This document shows positions 1 to 9,979 of a stretch of DNA of 64,000 bases, in pieces. Each line of letters opens with the position of its first letter. Position 1 is the first letter of the stretch. This DNA comes from Candidatus Multivoradales bacterium (GTDB taxonomy: Bacteria; Acidobacteriota; Thermoanaerobaculia; Multivoradales; JAHEKO01): the NCBI GenBank assembly GCA_965223855.1, contig CBDCXM010000009.1, forward strand, positions 416,001 to 480,000, read 5' to 3'. The notes beneath the pieces were generated by a model. That model saw only the letters and a list, made by a program, of their open reading frames with translations. It was not told the DNA's origin and did no database searches. The position numbers were made by a program, and so were the translations under genes.

Positions 1-2
1 CG

Positions 3-1094
3 CGATTTCTCGACCGGCTGCTCGACAGCCGGCGACTGCTCGGCTGGATCTCGAAGCTCGGTGCCTCGACCGACCCGAGCGAGCTCGGCGACCTGACGCT
101 CGACATGCTGCGCGGTGAAGAGGGGGCGCAAGCCAAGGAGCTCGATCGCCTCGTCACCTGGCTGGCCGACGACTACCGCCCCGAGATCGTCGTCCTTACC
201 AACTCGCTGCTGCTCGGTCTCGCGAAGCGTCTCAAGGAGACGCTGGGTGTGCCGGTGGTGGTCGTCCTCCAGGGAGAGGATCTCTTCGTCGACGGTCTGA
301 AGGAGCCGTTGCGCGAAGCGGTGCGCGCCGAGATGCAGCGCCGCGCCGCCGACCCCGACCTGTTCCTCGCACCGAGCCGCTACTACGCCGGCCTGATGGC
401 CCAGCGGCTCGCCGTTGCCGAGCAGCGGATCGCCGTCGTGCCGCTCGGCATCGAGCTCACCGACTATCGCAAAGCGCCGCCCCGGGAAGGGCCGCCGACG
501 ATCGGCTTCCTCGCCCGCAACGCGCCGGAGAAGGGGCTCCACAACCTGATCGAGGCCTTCGTCACCCTCGCCGAGCGGGACAAGACGCTGCGCCTGCGGA
601 TCGCCGGCTACCAGAGTGCGGTCGATCGCGACTACATCGACGAGCAACGACGGACGGTGCGCGATGCCGGTCTCGACGACCGGGTCGAGTTTCTGGGGGA
701 GATCGACCGCGACGCGAAGCTCGCCTTCCTGCACTCGATCGATCTGCTCTGCGTGCCGACCACCTACGCCGAGCCGAAGGGGCGCTTCGTGCTCGAAGCG
801 ATGGCGAGCGGCGTCCCGGTGCTCGTTCCCGACCATGGGTCGTTCCCGGAGCTGATCGAATCGACCGGCGGCGGCGCCCTGTGCGAGCCGCAGTCTCCGA
901 CCGCGTTGGTGACGTCTCTGGAGGCACTCCTCGCCGACCGGGACGAGCGGGGGCGGCTCGCCGCTCGCGGGCACGAGTCGGTGCATCGCGACCGCGGCGC
1001 CGACGCCATGGCCGTCGCCACTGCCCGGGTCCTCGAGGCGCTGCTGACACAGGCGGCTCCGGAGGCGGAGCTGCCGGTGGAGAAGAGCGCTTGA
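3..1094 (+). CDS. Glycosyltransferase family 4 (GT-B), 5'-truncated by window edge
   Basis: Frame open from position 3; RNAPEKG and EPKGRFVLEAMASGVPV (EX7E-type) motifs. Confidence 0.9.
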   Translation, partial: RFLDRLLDSRRLLGWISKLGASTDPSELGDLTLDMLRGEEGAQAKELDRLVTWLADDYRPEIVVLTNSLLLGLAKRLKETLGVPVVVVLQGEDLFVDGLKEPLREAVRAEMQRRAADPDLFLAPSRYYAGLMAQRLAVAEQRIAVVPLGIELTDYRKAPPREGPPTIGFLARNAPEKGLHNLIEAFVTLAERDKTLRLRIAGYQSAVDRDYIDEQRRTVRDAGLDDRVEFLGEIDRDAKLAFLHSIDLLCVPTTYAEPKGRFVLEAMASGVPVLVPDHGSFPELIESTGGGALCEPQSPTALVTSLEALLADRDERGRLAARGHESVHRDRGADAMAVATARVLEALLTQAAPEAELPVEKSA

Positions 1095-1525
1095 GCGAGC
1101 CGATCTCGGAGTTCCGGACCCGCCGCCGGGTCGAATTCGCCGACACCGATCTCGCCGGCCTGGTGCACTTCGCCCGCTTCTTCGTCTTCATGGAGACCGC
1201 CGAGCACGAGCTGCTGCGCTCACTCGGCACCGAGGTCCACCGCCAGTGGGAGGGCCACGAGATCGGCTGGCCGCGGGTCAAAGCGACCTGCGAGTATCGC
1301 AAGGCGGCGCGCTTCGCCGACGTGCTCGACATCACCGTCACGATCGCCCGCAAGGGCGAGCGGTCGATGACCTACCGGATCGAGTTCAGCCGCGACGGCG
1401 AGCGGATCGCGGTCGGCGAGACGACCGCTGTGTGTTGCGTCGTCGACGAGCCCGGCGGTCCCCGCTCGATCCCGATCCCCTCCGATATCGCCGATCGGCT
1501 GGTGGAGACGGGGAGTTCCGCGTGA
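1091..1525 (+). CDS. Acyl-CoA thioesterase (4HBT/YbgC hotdog fold)
   Basis: TTG start overlapping upstream stop; RVEFADTDLAGLVHFARFF motif. Confidence 0.9.
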   Translation: MSEPISEFRTRRRVEFADTDLAGLVHFARFFVFMETAEHELLRSLGTEVHRQWEGHEIGWPRVKATCEYRKAARFADVLDITVTIARKGERSMTYRIEFSRDGERIAVGETTAVCCVVDEPGGPRSIPIPSDIADRLVETGSSA

Positions 1526-2196
1526 GTCGCCTGGTGCTGGAAGCGGTGACCAAGACCTTCGGCGACGGGCCGACGGCCGTGGAGGTGCTGCGCGGAGTCG
1601 ATCTCGCCCTCGACGCCGACGACAGCGTCGCCGTCACCGGGCCGTCGGGCTCCGGCAAGAGCACGCTGCTCCACATCGTCGGCACCCTCGAGGCACCGAC
1701 GTCGGGGCGGGTCGTCCTCGACGGCGAGGACCCGTTCACCCGTCGCGATACGGAGCTGGCGCGCTACCGCAACCGCACGGTCGGCTTCGTCTTCCAGGAT
1801 CACCACCTGCTCCCCCAGTACACCGTGCTCGAGAACGTGCTGCTGCCGACCCTCGCCTTCCCGCCGGCCGACGAGGAGGCTGAAGATCGGGCTCGCGAGC
1901 TCCTGGAGCGGGTCGGCCTCGGACACCGGCTCGGGCATCGCCCGGCGGAGATCTCGGGCGGCGAACGGCAGCGTGCCGCGGTGGCGAGAGCGCTGGTGCA
2001 GCAGCCGACGCTGCTCTTGTGTGACGAGCCGACCGGGAATCTCGATCACGCCAACGCCATGTCGGTCGCCGATCTGCTGCTCGAGCTGCAACGCGAGATG
2101 GAGGCGCTGCTGGTCGTCGTCACCCACAGTGACGAGCTGGCGGCGCGCTTCGCTCGTCGGGTCCGGCTCGCCGAAGGCCGATGCGTCGCAGCCTGA
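1522..2196 (+). CDS. ABC transporter ATP-binding protein (LolD/MacB-like)
   Basis: GTG start overlapping stop; Walker A GPSGSGKS, signature ISGGERQR, LCDEPTGNLD. Confidence 0.95.
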   Translation: MSRLVLEAVTKTFGDGPTAVEVLRGVDLALDADDSVAVTGPSGSGKSTLLHIVGTLEAPTSGRVVLDGEDPFTRRDTELARYRNRTVGFVFQDHHLLPQYTVLENVLLPTLAFPPADEEAEDRARELLERVGLGHRLGHRPAEISGGERQRAAVARALVQQPTLLLCDEPTGNLDHANAMSVADLLLELQREMEALLVVVTHSDELAARFARRVRLAEGRCVAA

Positions 2197-5100
2197 CCCA
2201 CTACCGGCGCACTCATCTCGCCGTCCTCGCCGCCGCTGCGGTGACGACCGCGGTCCTCACCGGTGCCCTGCTGGTCGGCGACTCGCTACGCGGCAGCCTG
2301 CGCGAGCTCGCCCTCGGCCGGCTCGGTAAGGTCGACTGGGCGGTCCTGGCGGAGCGCCCGTTCCGGCAGCGGCTCGCCGGCGAACTGGCGGTTCTCGACG
2401 GTGTGACGGCAGTCCCCGCTCTGACGGTCCGCGGTTCGGCGACCGCCGCCGAAAGCGGCGCCCGAGCCAGCACCGTGGCGCTGTGGGGAGTGCCCGAGAG
2501 CTTCGGCGAGCTCCAACCTGAGCTGGCCGCTCTCGATCTCGCCGCACGCAGCGGACCCTTCCCGTCGGCCGCCGTCAGCCACGCCCTCGCGACCGAGCTG
2601 GGAGTCGAACCCGGCTCCCAGCTGGTGCTTTCGTTCCAACGGCCGAGCGACGTACCACGCGAGACGATCGTCGGGCGCGACGACACCGACGACACCATCG
2701 AGACGCTGCGCGTCACGGTCACCGACGTCCTTCCCGATCGTGGCGCAGGCGGCTTCGGCCTCGAGCCGAGTCAGGGCAGGCCGCTGACGGTCTACGTCGC
2801 TCTCGACAGGCTCCAGCGCGCGCTCCTCGGCCGCGGCTCCGACCGCGTCAATGCAGTCCTCGGGGCCGGTGGCACGACGCAGGCCGTCGAGGCCGCGTTG
2901 CCGGGGCTCCTCGACCTCGACGACCTCGGTCTGAAGCTGCGCCAAGCTCCCGAGGCGGTGACGGTGGAGAGCCGACAGTTCGTCCTCGATCCACAGCGCG
3001 AGGCGGCCATCGAGGAGGCGGCGCGGAGCCTGGGTTCGCCGACGATGCCGGTCCTCACCTACATGGCGAACGCACTGAGCGCAGGGGAACGCTCGGTGCC
3101 CTACTCGACGATCTCGGCGCTCGACGCTCCCGGCGATCCGGCACTGGGCAGGCTGACTCTCGTCGACGGCCGATCCGCCCCCCGGCTCACCGACTCGCAG
3201 ATCCTGCTCGACGCCTGGAGCGCCGCCGAGCTCGAGGCGGAACCGGGCGACACCGTGACGGTCGAGTACTACCAGCTCGGAGCGTTCGACGAGCTGACGA
3301 CCGTCGAACATGCCTTCGAGCTCGCCGGGATCGTCGCCATGGAAGGGCTGGCGACCGACCGCGACCTCACGCCCGAGTTCCCGGGCATCGAGGACGCCGA
3401 CGACATCTCGGCCTGGGATCCGCCCTTCCCCGTCGATCTGGACACGATCCGACCGCAGGACGAAGCGTACTGGGACGACTACCGGGCCGCCCCCAAGGCA
3501 TTCGTCGGCCTCGAGCTCGGCAAGCGCCTGTGGCAGAGCCGCTTCGGCACCCTCACCGGACTGCGGGTCGGCCTGGGGGCGAGCCAGCCGGACTGGGAGG
3601 ACGCGGGCGTCGGTGCCTTCACCGCCGCGCTCGTAGAACGCCTCTCCCCCGCCGCCGCCGGCTTCGGCGTCCACCCGCTGCGCGATGCCGCCACCCGGGC
3701 GGCGAGCGGAGCGACCGATTTCGCCGGACTGTTCCTGGGTTTGAGCATGTTCCTGATCGCTTCCGCGGCACTGGTGGTCGGCCTGGTGTTCCGGCTCGGC
3801 GTCGAGCAGCGGGCGCGCGAGATCGGCCTGCTGCGCGCGGTCGGCTTCCCCGCCGGCCGGGTGCGACGGCGCTTCCTCGGCGAGGGGCTGGCGATCGCCG
3901 CCCTCGGCGCCCTCCTCGGCAGCCTCGGAGGAATCGCCTACGCATGGGCGCTGCTGGCGGGGCTGCGCACCTGGTGGCTGCCGGCGATCGGCGAGCCGGT
4001 GCTGTTCCTTCATCTGCGAGCGGTAACGCTCGTCATCGGCGCGCTCGCCGCCATGGCGGTCATCGCAGTCGCGATCCTCGCCGCGCTGCGACGGCTCGGA
4101 CGCCAGTCGACGGTCGGCCTGCTCGCCGGCAGCGTCGCCGGCGCGCGGCCGAGCGGCTCGCGCAAGCCGCTGCTGGTGGCTGCCGCGGCTCTCGGGCTGG
4201 CCGTCGCGGCGACCGCTTTCGCCGCGACCCTCGATGCACGTGAGGCGGCGGGTCTCGCCTTCGTCGTCGGTGCGCTGCTACTGGTCGCCGGTATCGCCGC
4301 CTTCGCCTGGAGGAGCGGCCGCGCGGCGACCTCCCCCAATCGCCTCGGTACCGGCAGCACCTTCGCCGTGGCGGCCCGCGACAGCGCTCGCTCCCGCGGC
4401 CGCAGTCTTCTGAGCGTTGCACTCATGTCGTCGGCGGCGTTCGTCATCGTGGTCGTTGCCGCCAACCGTGTGCACGCCCCCGTCGACGTCCGCGAGCGGA
4501 CTTCGGGCGCAGGCGGTTTCACCCTCGTCGCCGAGGCCGACGTACCGATTCTCGGCACCCTCGAGGGCGAGGGAGAGGCGGTGGCGACGCTCCTCGACGG
4601 CGTCGAGACGGTGCCGTTCCGCCTGCTGCCGGGCGAGGACGTGTCGTGTCTCAACCTCTACAAGCCGGAGCGGCCGCGCCTGCTCGGCGTACCGCCGGCG
4701 ATGCAGGAACGGGGCGGCTTCACCTTCCAGCAGACGAGCGTCGAGACCGAGGATCCGTGGTCGCTCCTCGACCTCGAGCTCGAGGACGGGGTGATCCCCG
4801 CCTTCGGCGATGCGAACTCGGTGCTTTGGATCCTCCACTCCGGCCTCGGCCAGGACCTCGAGCTCGAGAACGAGCGTGGGGAGCCGATCCGGCTGCGCTT
4901 CGTCGGTCTGCTGTCGAAGAGCGTCTTTCAGAGTGAGGTGCTGATCGGCGAGGAGGCGTTCCGGCGCCACTTCCCGAGCCGCTCCGGCTACGCCTGGTTC
5001 CTGCTCGATGCGCCGCCCGATCGCGCACCGCAGCTGGCGACCGATCTCGAGCAGCAGCTCTCGCGCCACGGCTTCGACGCGGTCTCGACCGCCGAGCGGC

Positions 5101-5507
5101 TGGCGGCTTTCCAGGCTGTGGAGTCGACGTATCTGTCGACCTTCCAGACCCTCGGCGGGCTAGGGCTCATTCTCGGCACTCTGGGGCTCGGCATCGTCCT
5201 GTTGCGCAACGTCCTCGAACGGCGCGCCGAGCTGGCGACGCTGCGCGCCATCGGCTACCCGCGCGCCCGGCTGCAGCGGCGGGTGCTGGCGGAGAACGCC
5301 TACCTGCTACTGATCGGGCTCGGTATCGGCACCGCAGCCGGAGCGATCGCCGCCGCCCCCCATCTGGCGCTCGCCGGCGCCGCGCCGCCGTGGCTGCCGC
5401 TCGCCGCCACCCTCGGTGCGATCTTCATCGTCGGCATGCTCTCGAGCCTGATGGCGGTGCGGGCCGTGGCGAAGATGCCGCTCGTGGGATCGCTGCGCGC
5501 CTCCTAA
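2181..5507 (+). CDS. Large FtsX/MacB-family ABC permease (duplicated)
   Basis: Two FtsX motifs (QRAREIGLLRAVG, ERRAELATLRAIG), many TM segments, follows ATPase. Confidence 0.9.
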   Translation: MRRSLTHYRRTHLAVLAAAAVTTAVLTGALLVGDSLRGSLRELALGRLGKVDWAVLAERPFRQRLAGELAVLDGVTAVPALTVRGSATAAESGARASTVALWGVPESFGELQPELAALDLAARSGPFPSAAVSHALATELGVEPGSQLVLSFQRPSDVPRETIVGRDDTDDTIETLRVTVTDVLPDRGAGGFGLEPSQGRPLTVYVALDRLQRALLGRGSDRVNAVLGAGGTTQAVEAALPGLLDLDDLGLKLRQAPEAVTVESRQFVLDPQREAAIEEAARSLGSPTMPVLTYMANALSAGERSVPYSTISALDAPGDPALGRLTLVDGRSAPRLTDSQILLDAWSAAELEAEPGDTVTVEYYQLGAFDELTTVEHAFELAGIVAMEGLATDRDLTPEFPGIEDADDISAWDPPFPVDLDTIRPQDEAYWDDYRAAPKAFVGLELGKRLWQSRFGTLTGLRVGLGASQPDWEDAGVGAFTAALVERLSPAAAGFGVHPLRDAATRAASGATDFAGLFLGLSMFLIASAALVVGLVFRLGVEQRAREIGLLRAVGFPAGRVRRRFLGEGLAIAALGALLGSLGGIAYAWALLAGLRTWWLPAIGEPVLFLHLRAVTLVIGALAAMAVIAVAILAALRRLGRQSTVGLLAGSVAGARPSGSRKPLLVAAAALGLAVAATAFAATLDAREAAGLAFVVGALLLVAGIAAFAWRSGRAATSPNRLGTGSTFAVAARDSARSRGRSLLSVALMSSAAFVIVVVAANRVHAPVDVRERTSGAGGFTLVAEADVPILGTLEGEGEAVATLLDGVETVPFRLLPGEDVSCLNLYKPERPRLLGVPPAMQERGGFTFQQTSVETEDPWSLLDLELEDGVIPAFGDANSVLWILHSGLGQDLELENERGEPIRLRFVGLLSKSVFQSEVLIGEEAFRRHFPSRSGYAWFLLDAPPDRAPQLATDLEQQLSRHGFDAVSTAERLAAFQAVESTYLSTFQTLGGLGLILGTLGLGIVLLRNVLERRAELATLRAIGYPRARLQRRVLAENAYLLLIGLGIGTAAGAIAAAPHLALAGAAPPWLPLAATLGAIFIVGMLSSLMAVRAVAKMPLVGSLRAS

Positions 5508-5513
5508 CGACCT

Positions 5514-6839
5514 TCACGGGTGAGCGCCTCCCGGGCCGTCGCCGGCCTCGTCGACTCGAACGGCGTCTTCGACGCCCGCACGATGGTCGGGAATCAGGTC
5601 GGTCAGAACGAGGACGACGGCGACCTCGGCCCCGTCACGGGCGTAGACGAGACTCACCTCACCGTCTCCGAGGAGCCGGGCACGCGCGCCTTCGAAGTCC
5701 GCTCCGGTCACGGGCCGGTCGTCGATCCTGATGAGCACGTCCCCAGGCTCGAGACCCGCCTGATCGGCCGGTGAGCCGGCGATGATGCCCTCGATCTTCA
5801 AGGTGTCGGCGGGAGTCAGCCTCAGGCCGGAGCGATCGAAGCGAAACTCGTCCTCGAACCGGCCGTTGGGAACGAGGAGCATCCTGTCGTTGAAGTAGTC
5901 CATGGTCGTCGTGAACCGACTGAGCACCCCGGTGCCCAGATTCCCGCCGACACCGGAGAGGCCGCGAGGATTCTGATGATCCGGGGAGGGGAAGGAGGTA
6001 ACGACTCCTTCCATCGCTGCGCCCGCAATGTCGAGCTTCGCGATCCGCCCCACATGGCCATGAAGGAGCCCGGAGATGCCGCGTCCGACGATGGCAGCGG
6101 GACTTCCCGCCGGCACCTGCAGGCCTTCGACCTCCTCGGTGTAGAGGGACAGGGCGTGCGAGGCGCCGAGGTCCACGTGCACTCGAGTGGCGATCGGGCC
6201 GCCCCCGTACGGAGTCACAGTGACGGTCGTGTAGGGCACGCCGCCCTGGAACTCGAGAGAGAGCTCGAGGGCTTCCGCCGGCTTCTCGTGGAGCTCGGGC
6301 TCATGAAGTCTCATGACGCGACTCTCGAAGTCCAGCTCGACGACGAATCTCGACAGCAGCGAGGCGCCGACGATGCCTTCGTGGTAGCTCCCGATCCCCA
6401 GATCGGGCAGGACGAGGATCGGCAAGCCGGCGAACCGGGCGCCGCCGACATCGAAGGACTCCCTCGGCGCGACCTTGACGGCGAACTGATCGCCCGAGCC
6501 GCCTGCTCCCCTGGCGCTGGTCTGCATCGACGGATCGAGGGTCAGGCCCAGCGCAGCCACGCGGGGCCCGTCGTAGAGCGCGAGCCCCGGTGTCGGGAAG
6601 CCGGAGTCGAGCACCACCTCGAACGCGGAGCTGCCGTTGACCGAGACCGGGATGACGATGTGATGGTTCCTCAGTTCGAACGGCACGGCGAGAATCTCGG
6701 CGCCCGGGGAGTCGGTGGCGGCGGTCGCACCCCCGGCCGGAGGTCGGCATCCCGAAGGGACGACGGCGACCAGGGCGAGGAAGCCGACGAAGGTGGTCCT
6801 CCCGACGAAGCTCTCGGGCCGGGTCGAGGATCGAGTCAT
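5514..6839 (-). CDS. Secreted/lipoprotein retropepsin-like aspartyl protease with C-terminal PDZ domain
   Basis: ATG at 6839 coupled to DoxX stop; hydrophobic N-terminus with PSGC; VLDSG and VDLGA motifs; GSPADQAGLEPGDVL PDZ motif. Confidence 0.8.
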   Translation of the reverse strand: MTRSSTRPESFVGRTTFVGFLALVAVVPSGCRPPAGGATAATDSPGAEILAVPFELRNHHIVIPVSVNGSSAFEVVLDSGFPTPGLALYDGPRVAALGLTLDPSMQTSARGAGGSGDQFAVKVAPRESFDVGGARFAGLPILVLPDLGIGSYHEGIVGASLLSRFVVELDFESRVMRLHEPELHEKPAEALELSLEFQGGVPYTTVTVTPYGGGPIATRVHVDLGASHALSLYTEEVEGLQVPAGSPAAIVGRGISGLLHGHVGRIAKLDIAGAAMEGVVTSFPSPDHQNPRGLSGVGGNLGTGVLSRFTTTMDYFNDRMLLVPNGRFEDEFRFDRSGLRLTPADTLKIEGIIAGSPADQAGLEPGDVLIRIDDRPVTGADFEGARARLLGDGEVSLVYARDGAEVAVVLVLTDLIPDHRAGVEDAVRVDEAGDGPGGAHP

Positions 6840-7201
6840 CGCGCAACCCCGTCCTGGAGCGCACGGCGCCTCAGGACGGCGAGGCCGGCCGACAGCAGCA
6901 ACGCGAGGAGCGCCGCCCCGGGAGGCATCTCGCCGGCGATCAGGTGAGACCCGACCGCTCCGAGCATGATCACCCCGATCGACGTCGCCCCGTAGAGGCT
7001 GGTGCGCGGCCACAAGGCGAGAAGGCCGCCGACGACCTCGGCGACGCCGACAAGGGGGACCATTACGAGCGGCAGGCCCAGATGGCCGAACATGGCCTGG
7101 AACATCGGAGCGGCGAAGAACTTCTGGCTACCGGCGAGCAGGAACCAGAGCCCGAGGACGGTCCCCAGGACGATCGTCGTGATGCGTAGCGGTCGATTCA
7201 T
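6836..7201 (-). CDS. DoxX family membrane protein
   Basis: GGGGAA RBS; FLLAGSQKF...VGVAEVVGGL...GAVGSHL pattern, 4 TM. Confidence 0.85.
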   Translation of the reverse strand: MNRPLRITTIVLGTVLGLWFLLAGSQKFFAAPMFQAMFGHLGLPLVMVPLVGVAEVVGGLLALWPRTSLYGATSIGVIMLGAVGSHLIAGEMPPGAALLALLLSAGLAVLRRRALQDGVAR

Positions 7202-7248
7202 GTGTTTCCCCCAGGTGGGTCGCGGTTGGTACACTGGAATAACGGCAA

Positions 7249-7263
7249 GTGACCTAACGTCAC
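7249..7263. promoter_or_regulatory. Putative operator GTGAC-N5-GTCAC in divergent DoxX/PadR promoter
   Basis: Short inverted repeat in an AT-enriched intergenic stretch. Confidence 0.35.
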
Positions 7264-7312
7264 ATTACATTACTACGGCCCACCGCTTGCTCGGTTTCAT
7301 GGGGAATCCACA

Positions 7313-7630
7313 GTGAGCTCCGAAACGCGCCTTTCTCAGCTGCAGTTCCTGGTTCTCGGGAGCCTTCTCCAGGGTGAGCGACCCGGTCGTGAGGTTCGTG
7401 AGGAGCTTGCCCGCTTCGGCGTCAAGCGGTCGGGGCCTTCCTTCTACCAACTCATGTCCCGGTTGGAGGAGGGGCGGCTGGTCGAGGGTCGCTACCGGCA
7501 GCGCATCGTCGACAGCCAGATCATCCGCGAGCGCAACTACCGGCTCACCGCCAAAGGGCGCAGCGCCTGGGACGGGTACCGTCGCTTCAACGAGAGCATC
7601 ATCGCCGAGTTCGGCCCGTCCAATGCCTGA
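7313..7630 (+). CDS. PadR family transcriptional regulator
   Basis: GPSFYQLMSRLEEGRLVE...YRLTAKGR wHTH pattern. Confidence 0.85.
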   Translation: MSSETRLSQLQFLVLGSLLQGERPGREVREELARFGVKRSGPSFYQLMSRLEEGRLVEGRYRQRIVDSQIIRERNYRLTAKGRSAWDGYRRFNESIIAEFGPSNA

Positions 7631-7943
7631 CCCGCCGCGTTGGAATCGCTGGCTGACCGTCCTGGGGAGCCTGCTCCCCGTTCGCATCCGCGAGCGGGTC
7701 TTCGAGCCCGCCTGCTATGACCTCGCCGGAAGGTTGCTGCGAAGCAGCGACTCCACGAGATTTCTCGGCCCGAGGATCCTCGTCATCCTGCTGTACGTCG
7801 CCACGGCCAACTTCCCCCGCGTCCTGTTCGAGGATCGGCGCCCGAGTCGGCTGGGCGTGCTCGTCGGCTCCCTGGTTCTTCTGAGCTTCGCTTTGCTCGT
7901 CGGACTCAGAATCGCCCTTGCCGGCAGGTACCCGGCCTACTGA
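7623..7943 (+). CDS. Small membrane protein coupled to PadR
   Basis: ATG overlaps PadR end; LLPVRIRERVFEPACYDL N-terminus, two hydrophobic segments. Confidence 0.6.
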   Translation: MPDPPRWNRWLTVLGSLLPVRIRERVFEPACYDLAGRLLRSSDSTRFLGPRILVILLYVATANFPRVLFEDRRPSRLGVLVGSLVLLSFALLVGLRIALAGRYPAY

Positions 7944-9246
7944 CCCCGGCTGACTCGCGCTCCCCTGCGCCCGAACCGCGCGCGGACGCCGCCCCCTCGA
8001 GTACCAGCGACGGCCAGGCCGGATCGCCGTCGTTCGGCGCCGGCTCGACCCCCAGCACCGCTGCCATCAGGTTGTAGATCTCGACGCTCTCGAAGCGCTC
8101 GATCGTCTCGCCGCTGCGAAACGACGGTCCAGCGGCGACGAACAGGCCGTGCATCCGCGGGTCGGCCGGATCCTGGCCGTGGTCGCCGGCGATGACGCCG
8201 TGGCTCTCGAGCCGCGAGCGCAGCATCGCCTCCCAGCCGACGCTCGGCACGCCGATGATCGGCGCCACCCGCGGGCTGTCACGCAGGTGGTAGCGCTCGG
8301 GGATCTCGTCGCGCTCGTAAATCGTGAGCTCCGGATGCGCTCCGCGCAGCGTCGCCAGCAGCAGCTCGTGACGGCCCTCGTCGGGGAAGATCTGGACGTA
8401 GGCTCCGGACTCGAACAGCTCCCCCTCCCGGAAGTCGACGTAGTCGTCGAGCAGCACCAAGTGGTCGGGGTCGATGTCCGCCATGCCGTGATCCGAGGTC
8501 AGGATCAGATCGACCGCGCCTTCCAGACCGCGCTCCTCGATGCCCGCCAGCAGATCGGCGAGCCGGGCATCGACCCCGGCCACCGCGGAGCGGGTCTCGG
8601 GTGCCTCGGCGCCGTAGTGATGACTGACGTCGTTGGGATGCTCGAAGTAAAGGGTGATCACCCGCGGCCGCGGCTCGGCGTCGAGCCACTCGAGCACCTG
8701 CTCGACGCGGCGCTCGAACGAGAAGTCCTTGTCGAAGCGATGCCAGTGGCTCGGCCGGTGGCCGGCGATCTCGGTCTCGGTGCCGGGCCAGAACATCGCC
8801 GCCGCGGGGAGGCCGTTCTTCTCCGCCGTCACCCAGATCGGCTCGCCCCCCCACCAACGCGGGTCTTCGACCGCCGAGCGGTCGGAGAGGTGGAACTCGC
8901 CGCCGATCGTCGCGTCGCGCATGTTGTTGGAGACGATGCCGTTATGCCCCGGATAGAGCCCGGTGACGAGCGCGTAATGACACGGGAAGGTCTTCGACGG
9001 GAACACCGGGATCAGCCCCTCGGCGCGCACGCCTCGCTCGGCGAGCGTTCGCACGGTCGCCGCCTCCGGCCAGTCGACGTAGTCCCAGCGGAAGCCGTCG
9101 AAGGAGATCAGGATCAGAGTGGTGTCGGTTGCCTCGGGACGCCCCGTCCCACCGACCTCGGGAGGCGGCGCCGTCGCACAGCCGACGAGCAGCAGCACGA
9201 GGACCCACAGTGCCGATCCTCGAACTCTCGGGGGGCGCGAGACCAT
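7906..9246 (-). CDS. Nucleotide pyrophosphatase/phosphodiesterase (alkaline phosphatase superfamily) lipoprotein
   Basis: LISFDGFRWDY, FPSKTFP, TSDHGM, GDHG motifs; lipobox LVGC. Confidence 0.92.
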   Translation of the reverse strand: MVSRPPRVRGSALWVLVLLLVGCATAPPPEVGGTGRPEATDTTLILISFDGFRWDYVDWPEAATVRTLAERGVRAEGLIPVFPSKTFPCHYALVTGLYPGHNGIVSNNMRDATIGGEFHLSDRSAVEDPRWWGGEPIWVTAEKNGLPAAAMFWPGTETEIAGHRPSHWHRFDKDFSFERRVEQVLEWLDAEPRPRVITLYFEHPNDVSHHYGAEAPETRSAVAGVDARLADLLAGIEERGLEGAVDLILTSDHGMADIDPDHLVLLDDYVDFREGELFESGAYVQIFPDEGRHELLLATLRGAHPELTIYERDEIPERYHLRDSPRVAPIIGVPSVGWEAMLRSRLESHGVIAGDHGQDPADPRMHGLFVAAGPSFRSGETIERFESVEIYNLMAAVLGVEPAPNDGDPAWPSLVLEGAASARGSGAGERESAGVSRPGTCRQGRF

Positions 9247-9400
9247 GCCCGGATGTTAGCCCGACGACGTGACGCTGCGTAGACGCGTCCTCCGGCGGCA
9301 CCGTACCTCTACTCCGAAGCATCCTCGACGGACACGAGCTCCCGCCTGGCGCTCCGCCGTGTCCTCAGTCAGCCCACGAACTCAACCGAAGGAGACTCCG

Positions 9401-9937
9401 ATGGTCGCGAAAACCGCGCTTTCCACCCTGACCCTGGTCGTACTGACCGCCCTTCCGCTGGCGGCGGACGAGACCCCGTCGCGACCCGCCGACGACGGCG
9501 CCAACGTCCGCTTCACGCTCTTCGTCGAGGATTCCGGCGAATCCGCCGCCCTCCCCGGCAGTGAAGTGAGCGCCGTGGCCCTCGAGGGGCGCTGGGCGCG
9601 GATCCAGTCCGGCTGGCGCGTTCCGTTCCCCGTGACCGTGCTCGCCACCAACGCCTCAGGCGACGGACCCCTGACGACCTACAAGTACAACGACGTCGGG
9701 CTGGCGGCCTCGATCACCGGCCGCGGCGTCGCCGGCGGCAGAGTGCACGTCCGGGGAGAGATCGAGCTCAGCGCCGTCGGAGAACCTTCGGAAGACGGCC
9801 GGGGCCTCCCGGTCGGAAACTTCACTCACGACTTCGAGGTGATGGTGTCCGCCGGTCAGCGCCTGACCCTGGTCGAGGTTCCGCAACCCGCCGGCGGACG
9901 GCTCGCCGTGGCACTCGAAGCGACCCTCGAGCGCTAG
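9401..9937 (+). CDS. Secreted hypothetical protein, beta-rich, secretin-C-domain-like segment
   Basis: AAGGAG RBS, signal peptide (PLAA-DE), GWRVPFP...YKYNDVGL motif. Confidence 0.7.
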   Translation: MVAKTALSTLTLVVLTALPLAADETPSRPADDGANVRFTLFVEDSGESAALPGSEVSAVALEGRWARIQSGWRVPFPVTVLATNASGDGPLTTYKYNDVGLAASITGRGVAGGRVHVRGEIELSAVGEPSEDGRGLPVGNFTHDFEVMVSAGQRLTLVEVPQPAGGRLAVALEATLER

Positions 9938-9979
9938 CCCGACCTTCTCACCGCCGGGAGGACCTGTCGCCTCTGCCTC

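Noticed and set aside
7906-7943. 38-bp convergent overlap of phosphodiesterase and PadR-partner genes
   Set aside because: Common stop-codon drift in GC-rich genomes; the tail is low-complexity
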